Source of the DNA: Candidatus Sumerlaeota bacterium
GTDB lineage: Bacteria > Sumerlaeota > Sumerlaeia > SLMS01 > JAHLLQ01
DNA: 64,000 bases
Direction: 5' to 3'
Assembly (NCBI GenBank): GCA_030156535.1
Contig: JASGMJ010000020.1
Coordinates: forward strand, 3,571-67,570
Below the pieces are notes generated by a model. The model did no database searches, was not told where the DNA came from, and saw only the letters and a program-made list of their open reading frames with translations. A program made the position numbers and the translations under genes. Positions 9,977 through 18,825 of the stretch are shown piece by piece (position 1 is the first letter of the stretch; the number at the start of each line of letters is the position of its first letter).

Positions 9977-11854
9977 CTACTCCGCTGTGAAGGCCTCGTA
10001 CTCCTCGACCTTGCCGCCCGAGAGGCAGCACTCGATGATCCGGCGGCCGAGCGGATTCAGCTCGGGGTGCAGGAACTCACTCAACTGCTTGCGGAAGTAG
10101 TCGTCGAGAATCTTCGCGCCCGCGTCGTACCCGTCGTTGCCGACTTCCGGCTGCGTGTTGACCTGCAGGAACCAGCGGGGCACCTGGCGCCCTTCGACCT
10201 GCATCGAGAACATCGAGTACCCCAGCAGCGGGCAGCGCGACGGTTCGACCTGGCCCAGCTTGAAGCGGGCGTTGCCGCGGCGGGCGAGGTACTCGCGCGC
10301 CAGCCATTGCGGCATGAAGCCAACTTCCCACGCACCGACGTGCTGATTCGGGCAGAGGATGTAGCGCACCCGCGGCGTGTTGACGATCTGATCGAGAAGC
10401 AGGTTGGCCTGATCGACTTTGCGGCCCGTGGAGAACGGCCAGTAGGAGCCGACGCCTTCGCTGCTCATGCCTTCGCTGGAAACGATGCTCGGGTTGGCGT
10501 GTCCGCGCGGAGCGACCAGGCGCCACAGCCAGGCGAGCGACGGCGGCAGCAGGTGCAGCAGCCCCATGATGCCGTAGGTGGGTTTCTCGCGCGTACACGG
10601 AGGCGTGCGCACGCCGATGCTGCGAATATCGACGCGCACCGGTTCGTTGACGATGTTGGGGACGATCGAGCGGGGCAGGATGACGCGGGGGTTGGGGCAC
10701 GGCTTGCCCGGTTCGTCCTCGATGTGTTCCCAGATCATGGCGCGTCCACCGGGCACGGCGACGAGGTTCAGGAAGAGCAACGGGCGCGGAGGCACGGCCG
10801 TCAGCGATTCGAGATTCAGGTCCGTCCCGTACTGCGTGATGTGATTGACGCGGACGAACCAGGCGTTCTCCGCATCGGTCAGCACCAGCTTGCCCTCGCC
10901 GTCCTGCAACGAAGCGTGACACAGCGCCATGTCGTCCGTCACGGGTTGCAGATCGCACGTGCGCGGGATTTCCAAATAGCGGCTTTCCCCGGTGATGGTA
11001 TTGCAACCGACTTGCAGGCGGCCGTCGGGAAGGCGGTGCGGATATTCGAGCATCTCGCTCTTCCCGCCGCCGCTCGCTCCCTCGTGCATGAAGACGATCT
11101 CGTTGTCGTAGGGCGTCACAACGCGCACCGTCGAGCAATGCGCCGTCACCCAGCCTTCGCGCTCGCCCACCGCGATCAGCACGCCGTAGATGCCCTTCTT
11201 CGCGCTCGGCCCCGGATACAGATTGTAGGAGAAGAGTTCGTGCATGTTGTCGCGCCGGTTATGCACGACGATCTGGCGTCCATCAAAGTGCGTGTGGCGG
11301 AACGTGGGAGCCACGTAGATGACGACCTTCGGCGAGAAGGTTTCGGGCATTTCGTCAATGGGGATAATGCCCTGCAGTAGAGCCAGTCCGAATGCAAAGA
11401 AACCCGCGTTGGCCGGGCAGACGACCAGCGAGTCAGGCCCCATGCCCTTCTGCCCAGAGACGAAGCCGAAGACGGCAAGGTCCTGCTTCTTGAGCCACTC
11501 GAACGACTCGTTGCGCAGTTGCGTGAAATCCGAACCGAAGCGTTCCTCGAAGCGTGTCTTGTCCGTCGGCTTGTCGTCGGCGATCATCATGCAGTCGGGA
11601 TCGCGGCGGCGCATGTAGGGTTCCGGATAGTTGGCGGCAACGCCATTGCGCACGCGCATGACTTCCGCCTCCACGACCTCGCGTCCGTCGGGAAGCGCGT
11701 ACGTGACCTGCATCGAATCGCTGCCCGGCCCGCCGCAGGCCAGATCAATCAGTTCGTCACTCGTCGATGCGACCCGGACGGAAGGAGCCGCCTCAAGAAT
11801 GGCCGCAAGTTCCGGCGGAACGTTCAGTTTCTTCCACGGGGCAGATGCACTCAT
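9977..11854 (-). CDS. uncharacterised ~625-aa protein with an HprK-like P-loop (GASGGGKSE)
   Basis: The ORF has a normal composition from the ATG at 11854 (MSASAPWKK...). The upstream part of the ORF is Arg/Ala-rich and unlikely to be coding. It contains a GxSGxGKSE Walker-A variant of the HPr-kinase/phosphotransfer type. I recognise no overall family. Confidence 0.6.
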   Translation of the reverse strand: MSASAPWKKLNVPPELAAILEAAPSVRVASTSDELIDLACGGPGSDSMQVTYALPDGREVVEAEVMRVRNGVAANYPEPYMRRRDPDCMMIADDKPTDKTRFEERFGSDFTQLRNESFEWLKKQDLAVFGFVSGQKGMGPDSLVVCPANAGFFAFGLALLQGIIPIDEMPETFSPKVVIYVAPTFRHTHFDGRQIVVHNRRDNMHELFSYNLYPGPSAKKGIYGVLIAVGEREGWVTAHCSTVRVVTPYDNEIVFMHEGASGGGKSEMLEYPHRLPDGRLQVGCNTITGESRYLEIPRTCDLQPVTDDMALCHASLQDGEGKLVLTDAENAWFVRVNHITQYGTDLNLESLTAVPPRPLLFLNLVAVPGGRAMIWEHIEDEPGKPCPNPRVILPRSIVPNIVNEPVRVDIRSIGVRTPPCTREKPTYGIMGLLHLLPPSLAWLWRLVAPRGHANPSIVSSEGMSSEGVGSYWPFSTGRKVDQANLLLDQIVNTPRVRYILCPNQHVGAWEVGFMPQWLAREYLARRGNARFKLGQVEPSRCPLLGYSMFSMQVEGRQVPRWFLQVNTQPEVGNDGYDAGAKILDDYFRKQLSEFLHPELNPLGRRIIECCLSGGKVEEYEAFTAE

Positions 11855-11994
11855 GATGACGCTCTCTTCCTGGGAGATGGCGGGAGACGCGCAAGGCAAA
11901 CTCATCCCCGCTATTGGCGTGGCGCTTGTTGGGGAAGGGCAGCCGCACGGCAAGGCAAATCGAAAAAGAATCGGGCGGGGAATTCCGTGGCGCT

Positions 11995-13194
11995 TTAGCG
12001 TGGATCCACGGCGCAAAGGAGTCCCTTGAGGTACTGCCCCTCGGGAAACGCCAGCCCCACGGGGTGATCCGGCGGCGGGCCGAGCCAGCGCAGAATCCGG
12101 CCGATTCGCCCGGCATCGAGCGCCGCGTCGGCCACGATCTTGTGAAACAGCGGCGGCGGGATATGGCCCGAACACGAGAACGTCGCCAGAATGCCACCGG
12201 GGCGCAGCAGCCCCATCGCCAGCATGTTGATGTCCTTGTAGCCCCGCGAGGCGCGCTGCACCTGCGCGGCGGCCGAGGCAAACTTGGGCGGATCGAGCAC
12301 AATGACGTCGAACTGACGCCGTTTCTCGCGGCAACCGCGCAGGAACTTGAAGACGTCCTCCTCCACGTGTTCCGCGCGGTCGGCGGCAAAACCGTTCAGC
12401 TCGACGTTGCGGCGCGCCATGGCAAGCGCGTCGGCCGACGTGTCCACGTTCGTCACGCGTGTTGCCCCGGCTGCAAGCGCCGCCACGCCAAATCCCCCCG
12501 TGTACGAAAAGCAGTTGAGCACCTCGCGTCCGCGCGAGAACTCCGCCACGATCGCGCGATTCTCGCGTTGATCCAGACAGAAGCCCGTCTTGTGTCGCGC
12601 CGCGACGTTGACAAAGTAGCGGCTGTTTCCTTCCACGATCTCAATGGCCTCCGGCGGTTCCTCGCCCAGCAGCGGCCCGACGCGCACCTTCAGCCCTTCC
12701 TTGGTGCGCGACTCGCCATCGGAGCGCTCGAACACGCCGTTGCCGCCAAAGACGTCGAGCGCCACACGCGCGATGGTGTTCTTCCAGCGGTCCGCCCCGG
12801 CCGACGAAAATTGCCCCACGAGCCAGTCGCCATAGCGGTCGATCGTGCAGCCGGGCAGGCCGTCGGACTCTGCGTTGACGAGGCGCAGCGCCGTCAGGTC
12901 CGTGCGGCCAAGCAGGGGTCCGCGTGCGCCGCGCGCGGATTCAAGACGGCGGCGGAAGAACGCCTCGTCGACGGTTTCCTTCCTGTCGAACGTCCAGACG
13001 CGCGTGCGAATCTGTGAAACGGGCGAGAACGCGCCGCGGGCGAGCCACGTGCCGTTCGCCGAGAGCACGTCCACCGTGTCGCCGCTCGCGGGTTCCTTCT
13101 CCGGGCGCTCGATGGCGCCGGAGAAGAGCCAGGGATGGCAGCGCTTCAGAGAGTCGTCACGCTGGGCTTTGAGGGTGATCGTGGGAAGTGACAT
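11995..13194 (-). CDS. rlmI: 23S rRNA m5C1962 methyltransferase (RlmI/RlmK family, PUA + class I SAM MTase)
   Basis: Colinear with the RlmI family (N-terminal PUA-like region, SAM-binding VLNCFSYTGGFGVAALAAGA, DPPKFA motif). Start at MSLPTITLK (13194). Confidence 0.8.
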   Translation of the reverse strand: MSLPTITLKAQRDDSLKRCHPWLFSGAIERPEKEPASGDTVDVLSANGTWLARGAFSPVSQIRTRVWTFDRKETVDEAFFRRRLESARGARGPLLGRTDLTALRLVNAESDGLPGCTIDRYGDWLVGQFSSAGADRWKNTIARVALDVFGGNGVFERSDGESRTKEGLKVRVGPLLGEEPPEAIEIVEGNSRYFVNVAARHKTGFCLDQRENRAIVAEFSRGREVLNCFSYTGGFGVAALAAGATRVTNVDTSADALAMARRNVELNGFAADRAEHVEEDVFKFLRGCREKRRQFDVIVLDPPKFASAAAQVQRASRGYKDINMLAMGLLRPGGILATFSCSGHIPPPLFHKIVADAALDAGRIGRILRWLGPPPDHPVGLAFPEGQYLKGLLCAVDPR

Positions 13195-13302
13195 GAACGG
13201 GGCAACCTGTGGAGGATGGCAAGAGCAAGAGGCGCCCCGCAAGGGCACCCAGCAAGGGCAGGAAGTCGAGGGGGTTCTTGCGCGCTGGTCTTTCGCGCTG
13301 TC

Positions 13303-15351
13303 TCACGGCGTCGTTCGCAATCCGCGCAGGAAGAACGGAATGAACCGCACCGTATAGACGACTTCAGAGAACGCGTAGAGCAACATGCGCACGTGCCAGC
13401 GGATGCTGATGGGGCTGAGCAGCCGCCACTTGTGCGAGCCATAGCGCACCCAGAATTCGTTGAGCCAGGCACGGCACATGGGACCGGTGAACGTTCGGCG
13501 CATCCAGTCGCGCACGCTGCTCGGGCGGCTCTGCCAGTAGGCCAGTTGGTCCGCACCGCGCAAGCGCACCTCCGTCTCCAGAATGACCTGCTGGAACAAA
13601 TAGAACTCGTGCAGGAAGCAGCCAACGTAGCGCAGATGGCGGCGCACTTCGGACACGGCATAGCGCAGCGGCGAAAGAGGTGCGGTTCCGCGACGGCGTT
13701 CCCGGTACGGGCAGTAGCGATAGAACCCGGCGATCATCGGATGCGAGCGCTCGGTGAGGTATGCCCAGCGGCACCACATGAATCCCTTGATGAGGCGCCA
13801 GCGTTGCGCGGGGTCCGCGTAGTCCGAAAGGACCCGGATCATGTTGCGCACGCTGTAGAACGTTTGAATGGCGCTGTCGTAGGCTTTGCGCCACTGGGCG
13901 TCGGTCATGTTTTCGTGGGCGGCACTGACAACAGTGGAGTCGAAGCGGTTGAGGTCGTCGCTCATGCGGCGGCCCGAGTCGAGAGCCTCGACCCAGTCCT
14001 GGCTGCCGGGGAGCAGCGTCTTGATGAAGAACCACGCACGGGCAAGACCGGACTCGGCGAGTTTCTGGACGTCGGCCACGATGGATTCGGGCGTGTCGTG
14101 CTCGAAGCCGATGATGTAGCCCCCCTCGGGTGCGATGCCCAGACGGCGGCACTTGGCGAAGAACGCGGGAAGCTGGGCGACGTCGTTCTGTTTCTTGCCG
14201 GCGGCGGCGATGTTGGCCGGGTTCATGGACTCGATGCCGAGGAAAAGCCCCCGGCCTCCGGCCGCCGCATAGGCTTCGAGGAACCCGCGGTTGGGCCCGG
14301 AATCGCACAGCACGTCGGCCTCGGCCCAGATCGTGAAGTCATAGCCCTCGGCACGCAACTCGCGCAGTCCCGCCAGCGTCTCGCGCCAGTAGGGATTGCG
14401 CGCCAGATTGTCGGACGCGAAGAGCACCGTCAGCGGCTTGCCGTAGGACGTGCACTGGCGGCGCACCCACGACACGATGCCGTGCGGGCTGCGACAGCGC
14501 ACCTCCCGCCCATGCGCCTGAATCGCCGCGCAGAACTTGCACTTGAACGGGCAGCCACGCTCGGTGTCCACCGCCGCGACAGGCGAGGCAAATGCATCGA
14601 GATGGCGCGCCGCATACACATCGCCGGGATCGTCGATCTCGTGTGCCAGACCGGCCTCGTAGTAGTTCACCGCCGTCCCTGCCGCGATCTCGCGCAGCAC
14701 CCGGCCCCACGCCTGCGATGCGTCGGCATCGCCATGGAAGACGATCATGCCCGGCGTCTCCAGGAGCTCGGCAATCTCTGGCGGCATCTGCCGGGGACAG
14801 GGCACGCCCGGCCGCATGGGGTCGATGGCGCTGATGCCATGCAGCATGGTGTTGATGCTCGCCGTAATGTGCGGGCCGCCGATCACCGTGATGGCGCCAT
14901 GCGCCCGCGCCGAATCCATCAGGTCGCGTGCGCGCGGGAACTGGTTGCTCTGAACGCCGACAAGCCCAACGACGAACAACGTGCCCTTCTCGGGAAAGCG
15001 GCTTTCGAGACGGCGGTAGGCGCGCTGCTCACGGCGAATGGCGTCGTCGAAGGCATGGACCTCGGTGGCCATGTCGGCAAAGTCGCTGTGGGCCAGAGCT
15101 TCGCGCGTCAGGCTCCCCAGCAGTCTCAGCGTGTTGGACGGCAGAACGCCACGGTGGTACGTCTGGACAAACGTGCCTGTGCCCCCTGCTTCCGTTTGAT
15201 CATAATTCGAGGGATGGATGAGTGCGACCACGATGCGGCGGTAGGGCGCGCCACTGGAACCACCAGGTGATCCTGCTTCCAAATCTCCATGCTTCAATGT
15301 TGTATGAATCCTTTGCACGGGCGGAACCTCCCTTCGCCGTGATGAACGCAT
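13303..15351 (-). CDS. B12-binding-domain radical SAM protein with a W/R/Y-rich C-terminal extension (DUF4080-like)
   Basis: N-terminal cobalamin-binding-like domain (IVVALIHPSNYDQ...), a CxxxCxxC radical SAM cluster motif (CPFKCKFC), and a long aromatic/basic-rich C-terminal tail. The start is uncertain; 15351 is the first ATG. Confidence 0.78.
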   Translation of the reverse strand: MRSSRRREVPPVQRIHTTLKHGDLEAGSPGGSSGAPYRRIVVALIHPSNYDQTEAGGTGTFVQTYHRGVLPSNTLRLLGSLTREALAHSDFADMATEVHAFDDAIRREQRAYRRLESRFPEKGTLFVVGLVGVQSNQFPRARDLMDSARAHGAITVIGGPHITASINTMLHGISAIDPMRPGVPCPRQMPPEIAELLETPGMIVFHGDADASQAWGRVLREIAAGTAVNYYEAGLAHEIDDPGDVYAARHLDAFASPVAAVDTERGCPFKCKFCAAIQAHGREVRCRSPHGIVSWVRRQCTSYGKPLTVLFASDNLARNPYWRETLAGLRELRAEGYDFTIWAEADVLCDSGPNRGFLEAYAAAGGRGLFLGIESMNPANIAAAGKKQNDVAQLPAFFAKCRRLGIAPEGGYIIGFEHDTPESIVADVQKLAESGLARAWFFIKTLLPGSQDWVEALDSGRRMSDDLNRFDSTVVSAAHENMTDAQWRKAYDSAIQTFYSVRNMIRVLSDYADPAQRWRLIKGFMWCRWAYLTERSHPMIAGFYRYCPYRERRRGTAPLSPLRYAVSEVRRHLRYVGCFLHEFYLFQQVILETEVRLRGADQLAYWQSRPSSVRDWMRRTFTGPMCRAWLNEFWVRYGSHKWRLLSPISIRWHVRMLLYAFSEVVYTVRFIPFFLRGLRTTP

Positions 15352-15514
15352 CGTTTAGCACAAACCCCCCGGGAAACCAAGAAGAATGCGGGCGTCGGCG
15401 GATGCTACTCCAAGGCGCTCCCGGGATGGCGAGCCGGTGTTTTTGCTCTTGCCACTGCCCCAATAAGCTGCACACGCTCTTCTTGGGTTTTGTTCTCCCT
15501 CCATGATCTGAGCA

Positions 15515-15554
15515 CGAATCGGCCGGTGCCCGCGCACTGGCCGATTCGTTTTTT
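15515..15554 (+). terminator. rho-independent terminator with no upstream plus-strand gene (implies a small transcript)
   Basis: 10-bp stem CGAATCGGCC / GGCCGATTCG with a 14-nt loop, followed by TTTTTT. It sits in the divergent region between the B12-radical-SAM gene (minus) and avtA (plus). The minus-strand reading shows no terminator. Confidence 0.45.
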
Positions 15555-15871
15555 CGGGACGCTCCCAACGGCCCCGGTCTCCGAGGTGTGCCTTGGGCGC
15601 CTTGTCCCTCGTGGCGCGCCAACGCCTCCCTCTCTGGTACCATCGCCCTCCGGGCTTCGGCTCCGAGCGGTGGCCTGTCCCGTTTCCCGGGCGCTGGGCA
15701 CAGAATCCCACAGCAAAAGAACTTACGTCGGAATTCCTTTTCTATTGGAGGATTTCGTATCATCCTTCCCTTGAAACGCAGTGGGGTGCGGCAGATACTT
15801 TCTCCCTTCCCGGACGCTGTAGCGTCGGGTACTCTGGCTTATCCCGCGCATCCGCGCGATGGAGTTGATAG

Positions 15872-17146
15872 ATGAAACTCTCGAAATTCGGCGAGAAACT
15901 GACTGGCAACACTGGCATCTGCCAGTTGATGGACGATCTGGGGCAGGCGCTCTCCGGACCCGACCCCATGTTGATGCTGGGTGCGGGGAATCCCGCGCAC
16001 ATCCAGGCCGTTCAGGATCACTTCCGCAAGGTGATGGAAGACATCCTGGCCAAGCCCGGCGAGTTCGAGCGCATCGTGGGCAATTACGACGGCCCCGAAG
16101 GCAGCAAGGAGTTCACCTCCGCGCTCGCCGAACTGTTCAACCGCGAATTCGGCTGGAACATCACCCACAAGAACATCTGCCTCACCAACGGCAGCCAGAT
16201 GTCCTTCTTCATGCTCTTCAACCTGTTCGCGGGCGAACACCCCGACGGCAGCCGCAAGAAGATCCTGCTCCCTCTGGCGCCCGAGTACATCGGCTACGCA
16301 GACCTCGGCATCACCGAGGACTTTTTCACGGCCAGCAAACCGGAGATCCACCACCTCGACGATCAGGTCTTCAAGTACATGGTCGATTTCGACGCCGTGA
16401 AGATCACCGACGAGGTGGGCGCCATCTGCGCGTCGCGTCCGACGAATCCGACGGGCAACGTCCTCACAGAGAACGAAATCGTGAAGCTGAGCGCGCTGGC
16501 AAAGCAGCACGACGTTCCCCTGATTCTCGACAACGCCTATGGCACGCCGTTCCCCGACATCATCTTCGCCGACGCCAAGCCGTTCTACAACGACAACACG
16601 ATCGTGTGCATGAGTCTGTCGAAGCTCGGCCTCCCCGTCACGCGCACGGGCATCATCATCGCCAACGAGGACATCGCCCGCCGCGTGGCGAACATGAATG
16701 CCGTGATCAGCCTGGCGCCCAACGGCATGGGTGGTGCCTTTGTCGGGCCGCTGGTGCGCAGTGGCGAAATCCTGAAGATCAGCCGCGACATCGTGAAGCC
16801 CTTCTACCAGAAGAAGGCCTTCGCCGCGAAGGACCAACTGTGCGCCGCGCTCGGCGACGTGGACTTCCACATCCACAAGCCCGAGGGCGCGCTCTTCCTC
16901 TGGCTCTGGTTCCGCGACTTCCCGATCACCAGCCAGGAGTTCTACGAGCGCCTGAAGAAGCGCGGCGTGCTTGTCCTGCCCGGGCATTACTTCTTCCCTG
17001 GCCTCAAGGAGGACTGGCAGCACAAGCAGGAGTGCATCCGCGTCACCTATGCCGGCCCGGACGACGTCGTGCGCAAGGGGCTCGACATCATCGCCGAGGA
17101 AGCAAAGAAGGCCTACGCCGAGAAACATTCCGCCATTTCGGTGTAG
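15872..17146 (+). CDS. avtA: valine--pyruvate aminotransferase
   Basis: Residue-level similarity to E. coli AvtA along the whole length (LAPEYIGYADLG, CxSRPTNPTGNV, LDNAYGxPFP, CMSLSKLGLPG, HKPEGAxFLWLWF, LKxRGVLxxPGHxFFPGL). Confidence 0.92.
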   Translation: MKLSKFGEKLTGNTGICQLMDDLGQALSGPDPMLMLGAGNPAHIQAVQDHFRKVMEDILAKPGEFERIVGNYDGPEGSKEFTSALAELFNREFGWNITHKNICLTNGSQMSFFMLFNLFAGEHPDGSRKKILLPLAPEYIGYADLGITEDFFTASKPEIHHLDDQVFKYMVDFDAVKITDEVGAICASRPTNPTGNVLTENEIVKLSALAKQHDVPLILDNAYGTPFPDIIFADAKPFYNDNTIVCMSLSKLGLPVTRTGIIIANEDIARRVANMNAVISLAPNGMGGAFVGPLVRSGEILKISRDIVKPFYQKKAFAAKDQLCAALGDVDFHIHKPEGALFLWLWFRDFPITSQEFYERLKKRGVLVLPGHYFFPGLKEDWQHKQECIRVTYAGPDDVVRKGLDIIAEEAKKAYAEKHSAISV

Positions 17147-17156
17147 CGGCGCATTC

Positions 17157-17834
17157 ATGGCAACGAACCCCGCTCCCTACAAGACCGGCTTCATCGAGTT
17201 CCTCGTGCGTTGCGAGGCACTGCGATTCGGCACGTTCGTCACCAAGAGCGGACGGACGACGCCGTTCTTCATCAACACGGGAGTCTTCGACAGCGGTGCG
17301 CGAATGCGGCGCCTGGGACAATTCTATGCCGAGGCTCTCACCGCACATTTCGGAGCGGACTTCGATGTGCTCTTCGGCCCGGCCTACAAGGGGATTCCGC
17401 TCGCCGTCGCCACAGCAATGGAATTGGGGACGGAGGTGGGGATCGCCTTTAATCGCAAGGAGGCGAAGGACCACGGCGAGGGCGGACTGCTCGTCGGGCG
17501 CCGCCTGCGCGACGGCGACCGCGTGGTGATCATCGAGGACGTGACGACCGCCGGAACGTCGGTGCGCGAAAGCATGGCGCTGCTGCGCGCGGCGGCCGAC
17601 GTGAAGGTCGTGGGGCTGCTGGTTTCCGTCGATCGCCAGGAACGCGGAACGGGGGCGCGGAGCGCGCTCGCCGAGTTGCGCGAGGAGTTCGGGCTCAGGC
17701 CCGCGGCGATCGTGACGCTCGACGAAATCGTCGCGCACCTGCACAACCGCCCAATCGACGGCCGCGTCGTGCTCGATGACGCGATGCTCTCGGCGATTGG
17801 GGACTATCGGGCAAAGTACGGGTGCAGGGCTTAG
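17157..17834 (+). CDS. pyrE: orotate phosphoribosyltransferase
   Basis: OPRTase motifs (FGTFVTKSGRTTPFFINTG, VLFGPAYKGIPLA, VVIIEDVTTAGTS). Starts 10 nt after the avtA stop. Confidence 0.9.
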   Translation: MATNPAPYKTGFIEFLVRCEALRFGTFVTKSGRTTPFFINTGVFDSGARMRRLGQFYAEALTAHFGADFDVLFGPAYKGIPLAVATAMELGTEVGIAFNRKEAKDHGEGGLLVGRRLRDGDRVVIIEDVTTAGTSVRESMALLRAAADVKVVGLLVSVDRQERGTGARSALAELREEFGLRPAAIVTLDEIVAHLHNRPIDGRVVLDDAMLSAIGDYRAKYGCRA

Positions 17835-17844
17835 CAGGACGCTC

Positions 17845-18156
17845 TCAAAGTCCCCGGCCGATCGTGATGAAATTCCGGTCGCGCTTCATGCGGCGCCACC
17901 AGCGGACGATACCCCACTGCTGGCGTCGGCGCGTGGGTTTTCGCGCAACATCGTGTAGGGTGTCGCGTGCGCGCCCCAGCCACCGGCGCGCCCAGACAAA
18001 CTCTGTTGCCAGGATCGCCAGTCCCAGCGGGATCACAATGAAGGCGGGGCCGGGCAGAACGAGCAGCGCGATTCCCAGCAGCACGACGGTGCCGCCAATC
18101 ACAGCAACGACAACCTTCCTTGTGGCATGAAACGGATTCATTGGGGCGGAGGTCAT
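17845..18156 (-). CDS. small PGPGW-motif transmembrane protein
   Basis: 103-aa ORF with two TM helices and an LPGPAF motif typical of the PGPGW family of small membrane proteins, plus a basic C-terminus. Confidence 0.55.
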   Translation of the reverse strand: MTSAPMNPFHATRKVVVAVIGGTVVLLGIALLVLPGPAFIVIPLGLAILATEFVWARRWLGRARDTLHDVARKPTRRRQQWGIVRWWRRMKRDRNFITIGRGL

Positions 18157-18308
18157 GCGTCACCTCCCTTGGGCAGTGGGCGGGCCAATGGCCCGTGGCC
18201 CGCTTCTGCGGGTCTCGGTCGCCCGGGGCGACATCGTCGCGAGAGTTGTCGTCCCACCGGGCACAACACTGTCCAGAAAAACTTGTGCCGGAAATCCGCG
18301 AGGGGGCG

Positions 18309-18809
18309 TCAGGCAGGAATGCGGCCGTACCAACTGGCGTCCACGGTGGTCTCGAAGCCGCCGGCCCGCAGCGCACCCACGGTGTTCAGCAGGTGGTCGA
18401 AGACGCGCGTCGAGCCAGTGATCCGGCCGCTGCGGCGCCGTTCCTTGAATTCCTTCTGGGTCAGGAAGAGCACGGCGCCCTCCTGCTCCACGGCCATTCG
18501 CGGGGCATTGAGCAGGCGCGTGCCCAACTGCGCCTCGAAGGCTTCCAGTGTCTTCGTCAATCCGTCCTTCGTGCAGCCGGAAATGTCGGGCCCGGTGGGT
18601 TGCCAGGCGAGAAGCAGGAAGGCGCGCGAGGGGTGAAGCGTCACGGCTCCCTGGCGGATCACGCCGTTGGCGCGCCACTGGGCGAGCAGCTCGCCCAGCA
18701 CGGCGAGCACCGCTTCTTCGCGCTCGGGCGCCAGTCCGCCCTCCACAGGCACCACGCGCAGGGTCGCCGAATCCGGCAGGCTTTCGAACAGCATCCTTGT
18801 GTCACTCAT
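18309..18809 (-). CDS. hypothetical protein (166 aa)
   Basis: ORF of normal composition starting at MSDTRM (18809). The upstream part of the ORF is Pro/Thr-rich junk. No recognisable domain. Confidence 0.45.
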   Translation of the reverse strand: MSDTRMLFESLPDSATLRVVPVEGGLAPEREEAVLAVLGELLAQWRANGVIRQGAVTLHPSRAFLLLAWQPTGPDISGCTKDGLTKTLEAFEAQLGTRLLNAPRMAVEQEGAVLFLTQKEFKERRRSGRITGSTRVFDHLLNTVGALRAGGFETTVDASWYGRIPA

Positions 18810-18825
18810 GCATAGCCCCTTTGGT

